From Firmicutes bacterium CAG:103 (GTDB taxonomy: Bacteria; Bacteroidota; Bacteroidia; Bacteroidales; Bacteroidaceae), in the NCBI GenBank assembly GCA_963600865.1, contig CAVCDC010000001.1:46709-110708 (forward strand): DNA of 64,000 nt, written 5' to 3'. Each line of letters begins with the position of its first letter. The stretch's first letter is position 1. The notes beneath the pieces are model-generated. The model did not search any database. It was not told the DNA's origin and was given only the letters and a program-made list of their open reading frames with translations. Positions 41,204-50,417 of this stretch are shown here, piece by piece. Both the position numbers and the translations under genes were made by a program.

Positions 41204-43651
41204 TTACTTCTTTTCGTCGTCCTTGTTGCCGTAGCCATAGCCGTAACCATATCCGTAGCCATAACCATAGCGGTAGCTGTAACCATACTTGTTGCCGTAG
41301 CGAGTTCCGCTGCCCTTTGTTCCGTTCAGGATAAGACTCATGTTCTTGTAAGTGTTCTCGTCGTAGAGTTTCTGCAGTTCGCCTATCATGCTGCGCTCTA
41401 ACAATCCAGCTCTTACCACGAAGATGACACGGTCAACATACTGCTCGATAATCTTTGTGTCGGCAACGACCTCGATAGGTGGACAATCGAGGAAGATGTA
41501 ATCATATTCCTTGCTGAGTATCTCAATCATCGAAGCAACACGGTCGGTATAGAGCAACTCGGTCGGGTTGGGTGGAATGGTACCTATCGGGAGCACATCG
41601 GCCGCTATCATGAGTTTGTCGCTGACAATGACATCATGTATGTCGTCGATTCTCTCGCTAAGGTAGTCTGTAAGACCCTTCGATGGATTGCCTACATAGT
41701 TGGATGTAGAACCATGGCGGAGGTCAAAGTCGATGACTAATGCTCGCTTGTTTCTGATGGCAAACGACTGGGCTATGTTGGCAGAAAGGAAACTCTTTCC
41801 ACTGCCTGGGTTGAACGAGGTGAGCAGGATGATGTTTGCCCTATCCTGTTTGTTTGCCACAAACTCGATATTGGTGCGCAGTACACGGAATGCCTCGTTG
41901 ACAACATCGCGCTTCCCACTCTTTACAACAAGCGGGTGCTTGTCTGTCTTTTTCTTCTTTTTCTCCCACCAGTGACGCTTGACGGCAGTTGCATACATTG
42001 GTATCTCACCAAGGAATGGAACGTTGATGTGCTCAAGGTCTTTACGACCGCGCAACTTGGTGTTTGTCGTTTCCTTCAGGTAGATGATACCTACAGGGAT
42101 GAGCAGACCTAAGGCGAAGGCGATGAGCAATATCTTGTTGCGGACTGGAGAAATAGGAGTGAGCTTTCCTGTCGGTGGGGCTATGATGCGCGTGTTATAG
42201 GCGGTGAACGCCTGTGAGAGTTCGTTCTCCTCACGCTTCTGCAAGAGGAAGAGGTAGAGCGCCTCTTTCACCTTCTGTTGACGGCCAACAGACTGCAGGT
42301 ATTTTGCCTGGTTAGGACTGGAGGCTATCTGTGAAGTGGTGCGGTTCTCATTCTGCTCAAGGTGACGTATCTGAGTCTCGATGCTTTCCAAGAGGTTGTT
42401 CACACTTGCCAATATGGCCTTGCGCTGTGAAGCAAGTGCTTGGTCGAGGTCTTGTACCAAAGGGTTTCGCTCGCTGGAGTTGGTCACCAAACTGTTGCGC
42501 TCCAACAATTGGCTGTTGTATTCGCTGATCTGTTTCTCTATGGCTGAGCTCTCTATACCCGAGTTGGAAGGCAGCAACTGGTTGGGTTTGCTGTCTGTGA
42601 GGTAGTTCTTCATGTAGTTGGCAATAGAGCGCTGTGTGGTGAGCTGCAGCATCTGTGACATGTTCTCCTTTGTCTGATCCATGTAGAGACTTGCAACCTC
42701 TTGTACGTCTGGTACAAGATGGGTACTCTTGTAGGAAGAAATGTCCTCGTCCACGTCTCCTAATTCACGTTCTATTACGCCAAGACGCTCGGTGATAAAG
42801 TTGGAGGTGGCAACGGTCATGAGGTTCTTGTCTTTCAACCAACTCTCCTTGTAGACGGTGATGATCATGTTGATGACATCCTCTGCACGGCGTCCCAACA
42901 CGTCATTGTATGTCAGTTCGATGATGGTGGCATTCTTGTCTACGATGTCTGCCTGCAGACTTGCCTTGATGCGGTCTGTCATGTTGTAGAGGTTGGAGCG
43001 GCTAACGTACAGTGGCTGCTCTTCCTTGACAAACTTATCATAATTGGCGGTAGTGTAGACCGTCATCCTTCCCATAGGAGTTCTTATGGTAGTGTTGCAT
43101 TTGCCGTCAAAGTCGTCAATCTCCTTCTTTGTACCAGAAAAACGAACTTTAGTTGCCTTGAAAGTCCTGTCTGGGTTCAGTGTGAAAACAAGGGATGCAC
43201 TCTCCTCTGGCTTGATGTCATGGAACACCACCTTGACAGGCAGGCTGTCTGTGTAGAGCACATTCTTGTGGAAAGTCCCCTTCACCTGATAAGTCATGTC
43301 GTAGTTGAGACGTTTGCCAGCTTCCAAGAGTACGGCAGGCGACTGTATGGCGTTCAGTTCGTTGTATACGTTGGAAGTACTTCCGTTCAACCCCATTTGT
43401 GAAAACATGGAAGCTACATCGCTGCTTATCGACTTCGTCTTGCTTTCTTCTTTGATGAGAAGTTGGGCTGAGCGCTGGTAGGTAGGGAGAGTGGTGAGAA
43501 GGTAATACATCGCTATTCCCAAGCAGACAGCGAGGGAAAGGACAAACCACTTCCATTTGGAGAGACAGAGGTACACGATGTCGTGAATGTTGAGGAAGGA
43601 CTCTTCCTGCTGACCGCCGTCTTTCTGTTGTATGGTTGTTACTTCATTCAT
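41204..43651 (-). CDS. wzc: polysaccharide co-polymerase/tyrosine autokinase
   Basis: 2 TM segments, EAFRVLRTN, PGSGKS, IDFDLR, LDCPP, C-terminal (YG)n Tyr cluster; start corrected to MNEVT. Confidence 0.93.
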   Translation of the reverse strand: MNEVTTIQQKDGGQQEESFLNIHDIVYLCLSKWKWFVLSLAVCLGIAMYYLLTTLPTYQRSAQLLIKEESKTKSISSDVASMFSQMGLNGSTSNVYNELNAIQSPAVLLEAGKRLNYDMTYQVKGTFHKNVLYTDSLPVKVVFHDIKPEESASLVFTLNPDRTFKATKVRFSGTKKEIDDFDGKCNTTIRTPMGRMTVYTTANYDKFVKEEQPLYVSRSNLYNMTDRIKASLQADIVDKNATIIELTYNDVLGRRAEDVINMIITVYKESWLKDKNLMTVATSNFITERLGVIERELGDVDEDISSYKSTHLVPDVQEVASLYMDQTKENMSQMLQLTTQRSIANYMKNYLTDSKPNQLLPSNSGIESSAIEKQISEYNSQLLERNSLVTNSSERNPLVQDLDQALASQRKAILASVNNLLESIETQIRHLEQNENRTTSQIASSPNQAKYLQSVGRQQKVKEALYLFLLQKREENELSQAFTAYNTRIIAPPTGKLTPISPVRNKILLIAFALGLLIPVGIIYLKETTNTKLRGRKDLEHINVPFLGEIPMYATAVKRHWWEKKKKKTDKHPLVVKSGKRDVVNEAFRVLRTNIEFVANKQDRANIILLTSFNPGSGKSFLSANIAQSFAIRNKRALVIDFDLRHGSTSNYVGNPSKGLTDYLSERIDDIHDVIVSDKLMIAADVLPIGTIPPNPTELLYTDRVASMIEILSKEYDYIFLDCPPIEVVADTKIIEQYVDRVIFVVRAGLLERSMIGELQKLYDENTYKNMSLILNGTKGSGTRYGNKYGYSYRYGYGYGYGYGYGYGNKDDEKK

Positions 43652-43748
43652 GATGATAATGTTGCTTAAGTATCTGTTTCTAAACTGATAGGAACTTATA
43701 GACAATGTTTTGCTTAAAGGAGCTTTCCGATTCTACTGCAGTTTTCTT

Positions 43749-44546
43749 TTATCTGAATATGAGTACTGCGATAGAGGTGGCAAGTGATGCGATACTAATC
43801 CAGAACGAAGAAGAGAGCACATTGTTTCCGTTTACGGTAGCCTGACGTTTCCTCATGTCGTTGGGGTCTACATACACGATGTCGTTCTGTTGCAGGTAGC
43901 ACACGGGTGAATCGAGAAGTTCGTTGCCCTTGGTAAGGTCTACGCGGTAGATGTGTTGTTCGCCGTTCTCCTGTCTGATGACCATAACATTGTCGCGTCT
44001 ACCGTAGATGGTAAGGTCTCCAGCACTACTCAAGGCGTCGAGCAAGGAAACTTGGTCACGGTCTATATTATATTGTCCAGGAGATTTTACCTCGCCAACA
44101 ACAGAGTAGTGGAGGTTCTCAAACTCAACAGTAACCACAGCGTCTTTCAGTAGGTCTTTCGAGAGAAGTTGTTTCTCAACATCGCGCGCTATCTCCTCGC
44201 GTGTCTTGTCGGCTACGTTGACTTTGCCAAGTACGGGTATCTCTACTGTGCCGTCCGATGCCACGGTGTAGCAAGAAATCTGCTGACTGTAATTTTGTCT
44301 TGAATAAGAACCTACACGGGAACCAGCAATAGAAAGGTTGAACAACTCGGACAACTGTGCATCCTTGCTTTTCACAACGATAGATATCTTGTCGCCCTTC
44401 TGCACCTTGATAGTCTTGGCGGCAACTGCTACCGACTTTCCGTTCTCTAAGTCTTGCATGTAACTGAGGTTGGGTGTGGTACATGCTGCTAACAGCAATG
44501 GAAATGCCATTGCAATACTCCATTTTTTGATAGGATGTAAATTCAT
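43749..44546 (-). CDS. wza: polysaccharide export outer-membrane lipoprotein
   Basis: Lipobox LAAC, GDKISI, DGTVEIPVLG, GEVKSPG, AGDLTIYGRRDNV, LQQNDIVYV. Confidence 0.92.
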   Translation of the reverse strand: MNLHPIKKWSIAMAFPLLLAACTTPNLSYMQDLENGKSVAVAAKTIKVQKGDKISIVVKSKDAQLSELFNLSIAGSRVGSYSRQNYSQQISCYTVASDGTVEIPVLGKVNVADKTREEIARDVEKQLLSKDLLKDAVVTVEFENLHYSVVGEVKSPGQYNIDRDQVSLLDALSSAGDLTIYGRRDNVMVIRQENGEQHIYRVDLTKGNELLDSPVCYLQQNDIVYVDPNDMRKRQATVNGNNVLSSSFWISIASLATSIAVLIFR

Positions 44547-44750
44547 ATTAGGTACAATGTATCTTTTTTGTAATATTTAGCTAAATGATTTTTTCTTTTG
44601 TGAATTGTTTCAACTGCGAAACATGTGTGTACATCCATTCTTTCATGGACAATACACTACGATATTGAGGATGCCTATATATAATAGGTGTAATCCTATA
44701 GCAATTTTGATTCTTTCTCTAATCTTAACCTTGTTTTTTTATAACGCGTG

Positions 44751-44824
44751 CAAAATTACACAAATTTGCCATAACTTCCAAAACTTTTGTTGCAAAAGTA
44801 TTTGCCCCCCCATAATTTAACAAA
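44751..44824 (-). promoter_or_regulatory. two tandem sigma-A promoters for wza-wzc-wzb
   Basis: Minus strand TTTG(44782-79)-N20-TAATTTTG(44758-51) and TTTG(44824-21)-N20-TACTTTTG(44800-44793). Confidence 0.7.
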
Positions 44825-45016
44825 AAAATCGTGCTCTTGGGGACTGTACTTGTGCATAACGATGAGTGAATTTCCTGTTCTCTTTGTACTTTTCTGTTGT
44901 CAGTCTGCAAAAGTACACAAAAAAAAGGACTTTTGTTTGGAGGGAATAAGAAAAAAGCGTATTTTTGCAAATATCAAAACAAAGTTTTCCAAACATTGGA
45001 CATAACTATATATAAA

Positions 45017-45949
45017 ATGGAAAAGATAAAGAATATTGTTGTCGCTGCAATGACAACGGTCGTGCTCGCCTCATGCGGTACGACACAGACGGTGCCCTTG
45101 ACAGGGCGTACACACCGCATCTCTGTATCAGACGAGCAGGTGCTCAGCCTCTCCAACCAGGAATATACCAAGTACATGGCTTCTGCCAAGAAGTCTACCA
45201 ACGCTCAGAATACCGCCATGGTACAGAGGGTTGGCCGCAAACTTGCCAATGCCGTGGAGACCTACTTGAAACAGAATGGATACGCAAGTGACGTGAACAA
45301 CTACTCTTGGGAATTTAACTTGGTGCAGGACAACAGTGCCAACGCTTTCTGTATGCCTGGAGGAAAAATTGTGGTCTACGAAGGACTCCTCCCATATACT
45401 CAGAACGAAACGTCGCTCGCCATCGTCCTTGGTCACGAGATAGCTCATGCTGTGGCGAAACATAGTGCAGAGCAACTTACCAAACAGCAAAACCAGCAGA
45501 CGGGAACCAACATCCTCGGAACTGTGCTCAACCAAACTGTGGGAAGTGGAGTAGGCTCGGTGGCAAGTGCTGTGGCTGGACAGTATTTCTCTTTCCGAAA
45601 TCTGAAGTATTCGCGTGACAATGAGACAGAGGCAGACTATATGGGACTCATCTTTGCGGCAATGGCAGGATACGACCCGCAACAGGCTATCCCTTTCTGG
45701 CAGCGCATGTCGCAGGGAAGCAGTTCCAATCAAAACGACATCTTCAGCGACCATCCTTCGGATGCCAAGCGTATAGCTGCTCTACAGAAAGAGATGCCTA
45801 CGGCTCTGAAATACTATCAGGCAACATCTTCTTCTACCAAGACTTCCACTACAAAGTCTTCTTCAGCCTCTAAGTCTTCGTCTTCATCAGCAAAGAAGGC
45901 AACTAAGTCAACGAAAACCATCAAGGCTTCCTCGTTGTTCGGAAAGTAG
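45017..45949 (+). CDS. M48 family zinc metallopeptidase, lipoprotein
   Basis: Lipobox LASC, NAFCMPGG, GHEIAH, YSRDNETEAD, SDHP; Ser/Thr/Lys-rich tail; start corrected to MEKIK. Confidence 0.92.
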   Translation: MEKIKNIVVAAMTTVVLASCGTTQTVPLTGRTHRISVSDEQVLSLSNQEYTKYMASAKKSTNAQNTAMVQRVGRKLANAVETYLKQNGYASDVNNYSWEFNLVQDNSANAFCMPGGKIVVYEGLLPYTQNETSLAIVLGHEIAHAVAKHSAEQLTKQQNQQTGTNILGTVLNQTVGSGVGSVASAVAGQYFSFRNLKYSRDNETEADYMGLIFAAMAGYDPQQAIPFWQRMSQGSSSNQNDIFSDHPSDAKRIAALQKEMPTALKYYQATSSSTKTSTTKSSSASKSSSSSAKKATKSTKTIKASSLFGK

Positions 45950-45996
45950 AGGTGACACCAAAATCCATTTTAACAACTCACTAAAAGAAATACTGT

Positions 45997-46449
45997 ATGG
46001 ACTACATCGTGCAAAATCTATGGCTCTTCTGGACAGTCGTCACGTTCGTCTGTCTTATTCTGGAACTTTCTTCCGGTGACTTCTATGTCACATGCTTTGC
46101 CATAGGAGCCCTCTTCTCTGTCATTGGCGCTTTGGTTGGTTTGCCGTTTTGGATACAAGTAGTGGTGTGGGCGGTTTTCTCCGTCCTCAGCATCTGGCTG
46201 GTGCGCCCAAGGTTGGTCAAGTTGCTCAGGCATGGTGCCGAGTATAGGAAGAGTAATGCTGATGCCCTTGTGGGACAGATAGGAGAGGTGAGCCAATGTA
46301 TCGTAAAAGGTGGATACGGGCGTGTCAAACTCGACGGTGATGACTGGAAGGCGGAAGCCCCGGAAGCGAGTGATGATATTGCCGAAGGTGTAAAAGTACG
46401 AGTTACGGGTAGAAACTCTATCATTTTGAGTGTTGAAACCATAGAGTAA
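45997..46449 (+). CDS. NfeD-like (short) membrane protein
   Basis: TM N-terminus plus OB-fold LVGQIGEV...GRVKLDGDDWKA. Confidence 0.88.
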   Translation: MDYIVQNLWLFWTVVTFVCLILELSSGDFYVTCFAIGALFSVIGALVGLPFWIQVVVWAVFSVLSIWLVRPRLVKLLRHGAEYRKSNADALVGQIGEVSQCIVKGGYGRVKLDGDDWKAEAPEASDDIAEGVKVRVTGRNSIILSVETIE

Positions 46450-46482
46450 GACTGCAAGAAATAACCAATAAATCTTATAATT

Positions 46483-47433
46483 ATGAGCATCGGAATTGTT
46501 GTACTGATAGCCATCGTTGTGCTGGCTCTCGTTTTTGTAAAGAAAACCATCGTGATCATCCCGCAGAGCGAGACGAAAATCATTGAACGCTTGGGACGTT
46601 ACTATGCTACGTTGAAGCCGGGCATCAACATCATCATCCCGTTCATTGACCGCGCCAAGGACATCGTGTCCATGCGTGGCGGCAGGTATACCTATACTGA
46701 TAGGATTGACTTGCGTGAACAGGTATATGACTTTGATAGGCAAAATGTGATCACCAAGGATAATATCCAGATGCAGATCAATGCACTGCTTTACTTCCAG
46801 ATTGTCGACCCGTTCAAGAGTGTTTATGAGATAAACAACCTTCCCAATGCCATTGAGAAGTTGACTCAGACAACTCTGCGTAACATCATCGGTGAGATGG
46901 AACTTGACCAGACGCTTACCTCGCGAGATACTATCAACACCAAGTTGAGAGCTGTCCTTGACGATGCCACCAACAAGTGGGGTATCAAGGTGAACCGTGT
47001 GGAATTGCAGGACATCACACCGCCGGAGAGCGTTCTTATGGCTATGGAGAAGCAGATGCAGGCAGAACGTAACAAACGTGCTACGATCCTTACTTCCGAG
47101 GGTGAAAAGGAAAAGCAGAGACTGCTTTCCGAGGGTGAGAAGGCTGCTATCGTCAACAAGGCGGAGGCGCTCAAACAACAGGCAATCCTTAATGCTGAGG
47201 GTGAGGCGACAGCCCGCATCAGAAAGGCTGAAGCTGAGGCTGTTGCTATTCAGAAGATTACAGAGGCTGTAGGTCAGTGTACCAACCCTGCCAATTATCT
47301 CTTGGCGCAGAAATACATCCAGATGATGCAGGATGTGGCACAGGGTAAAGATAGCAAGGTGGTTTACCTTCCTTATGAAGCTTCCAACCTGCTCGGTTCC
47401 ATTGGTGGAATAAAGGATCTCTTCAAGGGATAA
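46483..47433 (+). CDS. SPFH/stomatin (QmcA-like) protein
   Basis: IIERLGRY, IDLREQV, ITKDN, TTLRNIIG, MEKQMQAER. Confidence 0.93.
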   Translation: MSIGIVVLIAIVVLALVFVKKTIVIIPQSETKIIERLGRYYATLKPGINIIIPFIDRAKDIVSMRGGRYTYTDRIDLREQVYDFDRQNVITKDNIQMQINALLYFQIVDPFKSVYEINNLPNAIEKLTQTTLRNIIGEMELDQTLTSRDTINTKLRAVLDDATNKWGIKVNRVELQDITPPESVLMAMEKQMQAERNKRATILTSEGEKEKQRLLSEGEKAAIVNKAEALKQQAILNAEGEATARIRKAEAEAVAIQKITEAVGQCTNPANYLLAQKYIQMMQDVAQGKDSKVVYLPYEASNLLGSIGGIKDLFKG

Positions 47434-47525
47434 CCAATGAGTAGGCACGGATAACAAAGAATGACGGAGGGATGACATAGTAGTACAAGAGATTTTGTCG
47501 CAAGACAGATATATTGAATGATATA

Positions 47526-48608
47526 ATGAAGAAAAACATTTGTATAGTTGCAGGAGCACGCCCTAATTTTATTAAGGTGGCTCCATTGGCAAGGGCTATA
47601 GAGCGTGCCCGTAACGAGGGTAGGGAGGTTGACTATAAATTGGTGTATACTGGTAGGGCTGATGATCCTACACTTGAGGACTCCCTCTTCGAAGACTTGG
47701 AAATCTCACGTCCTGACGTTTGCCTCGGGGTGGATTGTGTCAACCTCAACGAACTGACAGGTATGGTTATGGCAAAGTTTGAACAATACCTGCAGCAACA
47801 GCCTACTGATATTGTTATCGTTGTTGACGACCTTGCCTCTACGATGGCGGTGGCTATCGTCACCAAGAAGCAGGGACTTCAACTTGTCCATATTGCGGCA
47901 GGAACTCGTAGCTTTGACATCAATATGCCGAAGGAGATTAACCGCCTCGTGATAGACGGTCTGTCGGATATGCTCTTTACGGCAGGTATGTCTAACAACA
48001 GTATTGCCAACAAGGAAGGTGCAGAACTTTCCAAGGTTTATATGGTGGGAAATGTGCTGATTGATAACATTCGTTTTCTGCAGCAGCGCATGAAACGCCC
48101 AGAAGTGATGGACACCCTCTCCTTGAAGGAAGGAAAGTACATCGTGCTTACTCTCAACCGCCCTGCCATCATCAATAATGAAGGAGAGATGAAACAGTTG
48201 CTCTCTGTTGTGGCAGACAAGGCGCATGAGGCTGGTGTTCCTGTAATCGCTCCTCTCAGAGGGAAGGCGCGCGAGGAAGTGGAAGACATGCAACTTGGCA
48301 TTCAATTGGTGGAACCGTTGGGGTATCTGGACTTCAGTTATCTTACATCCTCTGCCATGGGCATTGTCACCGATTCGGGAAACATGGCTGAGGAGGCTAC
48401 ATTCAACGGAGTGCCTTGCATCACGCTCAATGACTACACGGAACATATAGAGACCGTTACCATAGGAACCAACGAACTGGTTGGCGAGGATGCCAGTCGC
48501 CTTGCAGACATGATGCAGCTCATGCTCCAAGGCAAGTGGAAGAAGGCTGCTATCCCTGACAGATGGGATGGGCGTAGCGCAGAACGTATACTGCAAACCA
48601 TCTTGTAG
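47526..48608 (+). CDS. UDP-GlcNAc 2-epimerase (WecB)-like protein with degenerate active site
   Basis: GARPNFIK, AGTRS, VGNVLID, TDSG..EE..GVPCITL, WDGRSAERI; catalytic positions substituted (see findings). Confidence 0.85.
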   Translation: MKKNICIVAGARPNFIKVAPLARAIERARNEGREVDYKLVYTGRADDPTLEDSLFEDLEISRPDVCLGVDCVNLNELTGMVMAKFEQYLQQQPTDIVIVVDDLASTMAVAIVTKKQGLQLVHIAAGTRSFDINMPKEINRLVIDGLSDMLFTAGMSNNSIANKEGAELSKVYMVGNVLIDNIRFLQQRMKRPEVMDTLSLKEGKYIVLTLNRPAIINNEGEMKQLLSVVADKAHEAGVPVIAPLRGKAREEVEDMQLGIQLVEPLGYLDFSYLTSSAMGIVTDSGNMAEEATFNGVPCITLNDYTEHIETVTIGTNELVGEDASRLADMMQLMLQGKWKKAAIPDRWDGRSAERILQTIL

Positions 48609-48725
48609 GAAAACTTTGTAAAGATAGAAATAACTTGGTGCATATTTGTGCCAAGTTGTTTTTTTTCATTGCATGCCAATGTGTGTGGATGCTGACACCA
48701 ACATGGAAAAGAATTGGCCTGAAAC

Positions 48726-48765
48726 AAAGAAAAAGGTGCGTCATCTTGTACGAATGACACACCTT
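48726..48765. terminator. hairpin terminator between WecB-like gene and tRNA
   Basis: AAGGTGCGTCAT...ATGACACACCTT with flanking A tract. Confidence 0.7.
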
Positions 48766-48790
48766 ATTAAAAGTTGTTTTTTTTTGCTTG

Positions 48791-48861
48791 AGGTGCCTAG
48801 CGGAGTCGAACCGCTCTACACGGTTTTGCAGACCGTTACCTAACCGCTCGGTTAAGGCACC
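48791..48861 (-). tRNA. tRNA-Cys(GCA)
   Basis: Reverse complement GGTGCCT...ACGGT-CTGCAAA-ACCGT...GCGGTTCGACTCCGC-TAGGCACCT; CCA not encoded; promoter TACCTTTG at 48897-48890. Confidence 0.95.
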
Positions 48862-48903
48862 ATGTAGATTGATTTCTCAATTGCGGTTGCAAAGGTAATG
48901 CTT

Positions 48904-49092
48904 TTATTTTGTTCCACCAAATTTTTTCTGATGTTTTTTGCCGTCTTTCTTGCATTTGTCATAGAAAGCACATCCGGAGCAGTGAAAGTCCTTGCATTTT
49001 TTGGATTGCCTGATGACTTTCAGAATGCAAAAGGCGGCATACAGAATGCATGCCGCCAATATGATTGCAATGATAGTATACTGTACCGTCAT
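48904..49092 (-). CDS. small Cys-rich membrane protein (FeoB-associated type)
   Basis: One TM segment, then CKDFHCSGCAFYDKC. Confidence 0.7.
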   Translation of the reverse strand: MTVQYTIIAIILAACILYAAFCILKVIRQSKKCKDFHCSGCAFYDKCKKDGKKHQKKFGGTK

Positions 49093-49314
49093 TTAGCCTA
49101 CGGCATTGTAGCCATTGGTAGAGTTCTTGCGCATGATGTCGCGGATGTTCATCTCTTTGAAGCCTTCTTCGCGGTGCTCGCTCTCCAGGAGTTCTTCCTC
49201 TTCTATATCCTTGGCAGACCGTGTGAAGGTGAATGCCTTGTATTTGAACTCAGCAATAGCCCATCCTATAAGGGCTACAACCACTAATGCGATAAATCCT
49301 ATAAGTGCGTTCAT
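49093..49314 (-). CDS. small single-TM hypothetical protein
   Basis: 73 aa; N-terminal TM segment, acidic middle; abuts the next gene with no gap. Confidence 0.65.
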   Translation of the reverse strand: MNALIGFIALVVVALIGWAIAEFKYKAFTFTRSAKDIEEEELLESEHREEGFKEMNIRDIMRKNSTNGYNAVG

Positions 49315-49361
49315 TGTTTGCTATTTTTATTTGTTGTTGTACAAAGGTGTATTTCGTCTGT

Positions 49362-50201
49362 TTAATAGTCGTCATCGTCAGCTACCCCGTCTGCGTCGTC
49401 GAGACCTAAATTCTCAGGCTCGTCGAATGTGGTGCGGTAACTTTCTTCTGTCAGTTTGTCATCATCGAAGGTGTCGTCATCGTCATCGGGGTCATTGTAG
49501 TGGTCTTCAATCTCTGGAGCATCCTCGTCGTCATCGTCCTCTCCAAGACCATCGCCGAGAAGGTCGTCATTCTCGTCGTCATCATCCTCATCGAAGTCGT
49601 CATCGTCACCAAACTTCATGCGCACTTTCTCCATGAGAGGCTTTTCTTTCGCAAAGATGGCTTCTGTCCATGTACCCTTGGGGATTTCGAGAACCTCAAA
49701 ACCATCGGCAACCTTCTTCTCGTAGAGACCGCCAGCCTTGTGGAGACGGTCTTTGGGGAGAGTGGTGGTGCTGATTTCAAAACCGCTCAGGATGATGTCC
49801 TGGATACTTTGTGGAAGACTGTCCCAACCGCCGCCGAAGTTACGCTCCAATACCTCCATGAGCTTGGAGGCGGTAATATGGCGTATGTTCTCGTAGGTCA
49901 GGTCAGTGACGCGCATGATGGGACGTTTCTTGATGGCGTATTTTTTCTTGCCGTCACCAAAGTAGAATGTTCCAATCTTAAAGCCGCGCAGAATGTATTT
50001 GTCAATGACTTCGGGGCGGTCTATCTTTACCTCCTCTATTTCGAAGGCACTGCGTATGACATCGAGGTAACGGTTCTGGTTGTCTCTCAAATCGGAGTCC
50101 TTTTCGGCTCCTTCCCATAGACGGAACACGTCGTTTTCCTGAATGTCCCAAGCTCCGCTCTTGGTCAGCGTCTTGAGTGTCAAAGCTTTTTCTTTCTTCA
50201 T
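49362..50201 (-). CDS. hypothetical protein with internal duplication and Asp/Glu-rich tail
   Basis: 279-aa ORF with coding-like codons; about 80-aa acidic C-terminus; own TACTTTTG element near 50283-50290. Confidence 0.85.
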   Translation of the reverse strand: MKKEKALTLKTLTKSGAWDIQENDVFRLWEGAEKDSDLRDNQNRYLDVIRSAFEIEEVKIDRPEVIDKYILRGFKIGTFYFGDGKKKYAIKKRPIMRVTDLTYENIRHITASKLMEVLERNFGGGWDSLPQSIQDIILSGFEISTTTLPKDRLHKAGGLYEKKVADGFEVLEIPKGTWTEAIFAKEKPLMEKVRMKFGDDDDFDEDDDDENDDLLGDGLGEDDDDEDAPEIEDHYNDPDDDDDTFDDDKLTEESYRTTFDEPENLGLDDADGVADDDDY

Positions 50202-50417
50202 CTTTTTCTCTTTTATGATGGTGTTTTAAGACCTAATCTTATTTATAATAGAGGTGTTTCTGTATTACTTTATTTACGGCTGCAAAAGTAAATACTATAT
50301 TTCTAATATCCAAATTTTCTGCATGTTTTTTGTGGAAAATTGTCATCTTTTGTGCCTGTCTCATTTTTTTTGATTACCTTTGCACGACTTGAATGTAAAC
50401 AGATTATCTTAGAGATT

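Noticed and set aside
41225..41305. (YG)n repeat in Wzc as a contingency repeat
   Set aside because: It is the normal BY-kinase tyrosine cluster, and synonymous codons vary.
44547..44960. Invertible capsule promoter
   Set aside because: No long inverted repeats bracketing the promoters were seen and no recombinase is adjacent.
46018..47559. 513-aa minus-strand ORF
   Set aside because: Antisense to well-supported NfeD and SPFH genes; no recognisable motifs.
48791..48861. tRNA-Cys as an integration site of an island
   Set aside because: No integrase nearby and no duplicated tRNA 3' end noticed; flanks look like core genes.
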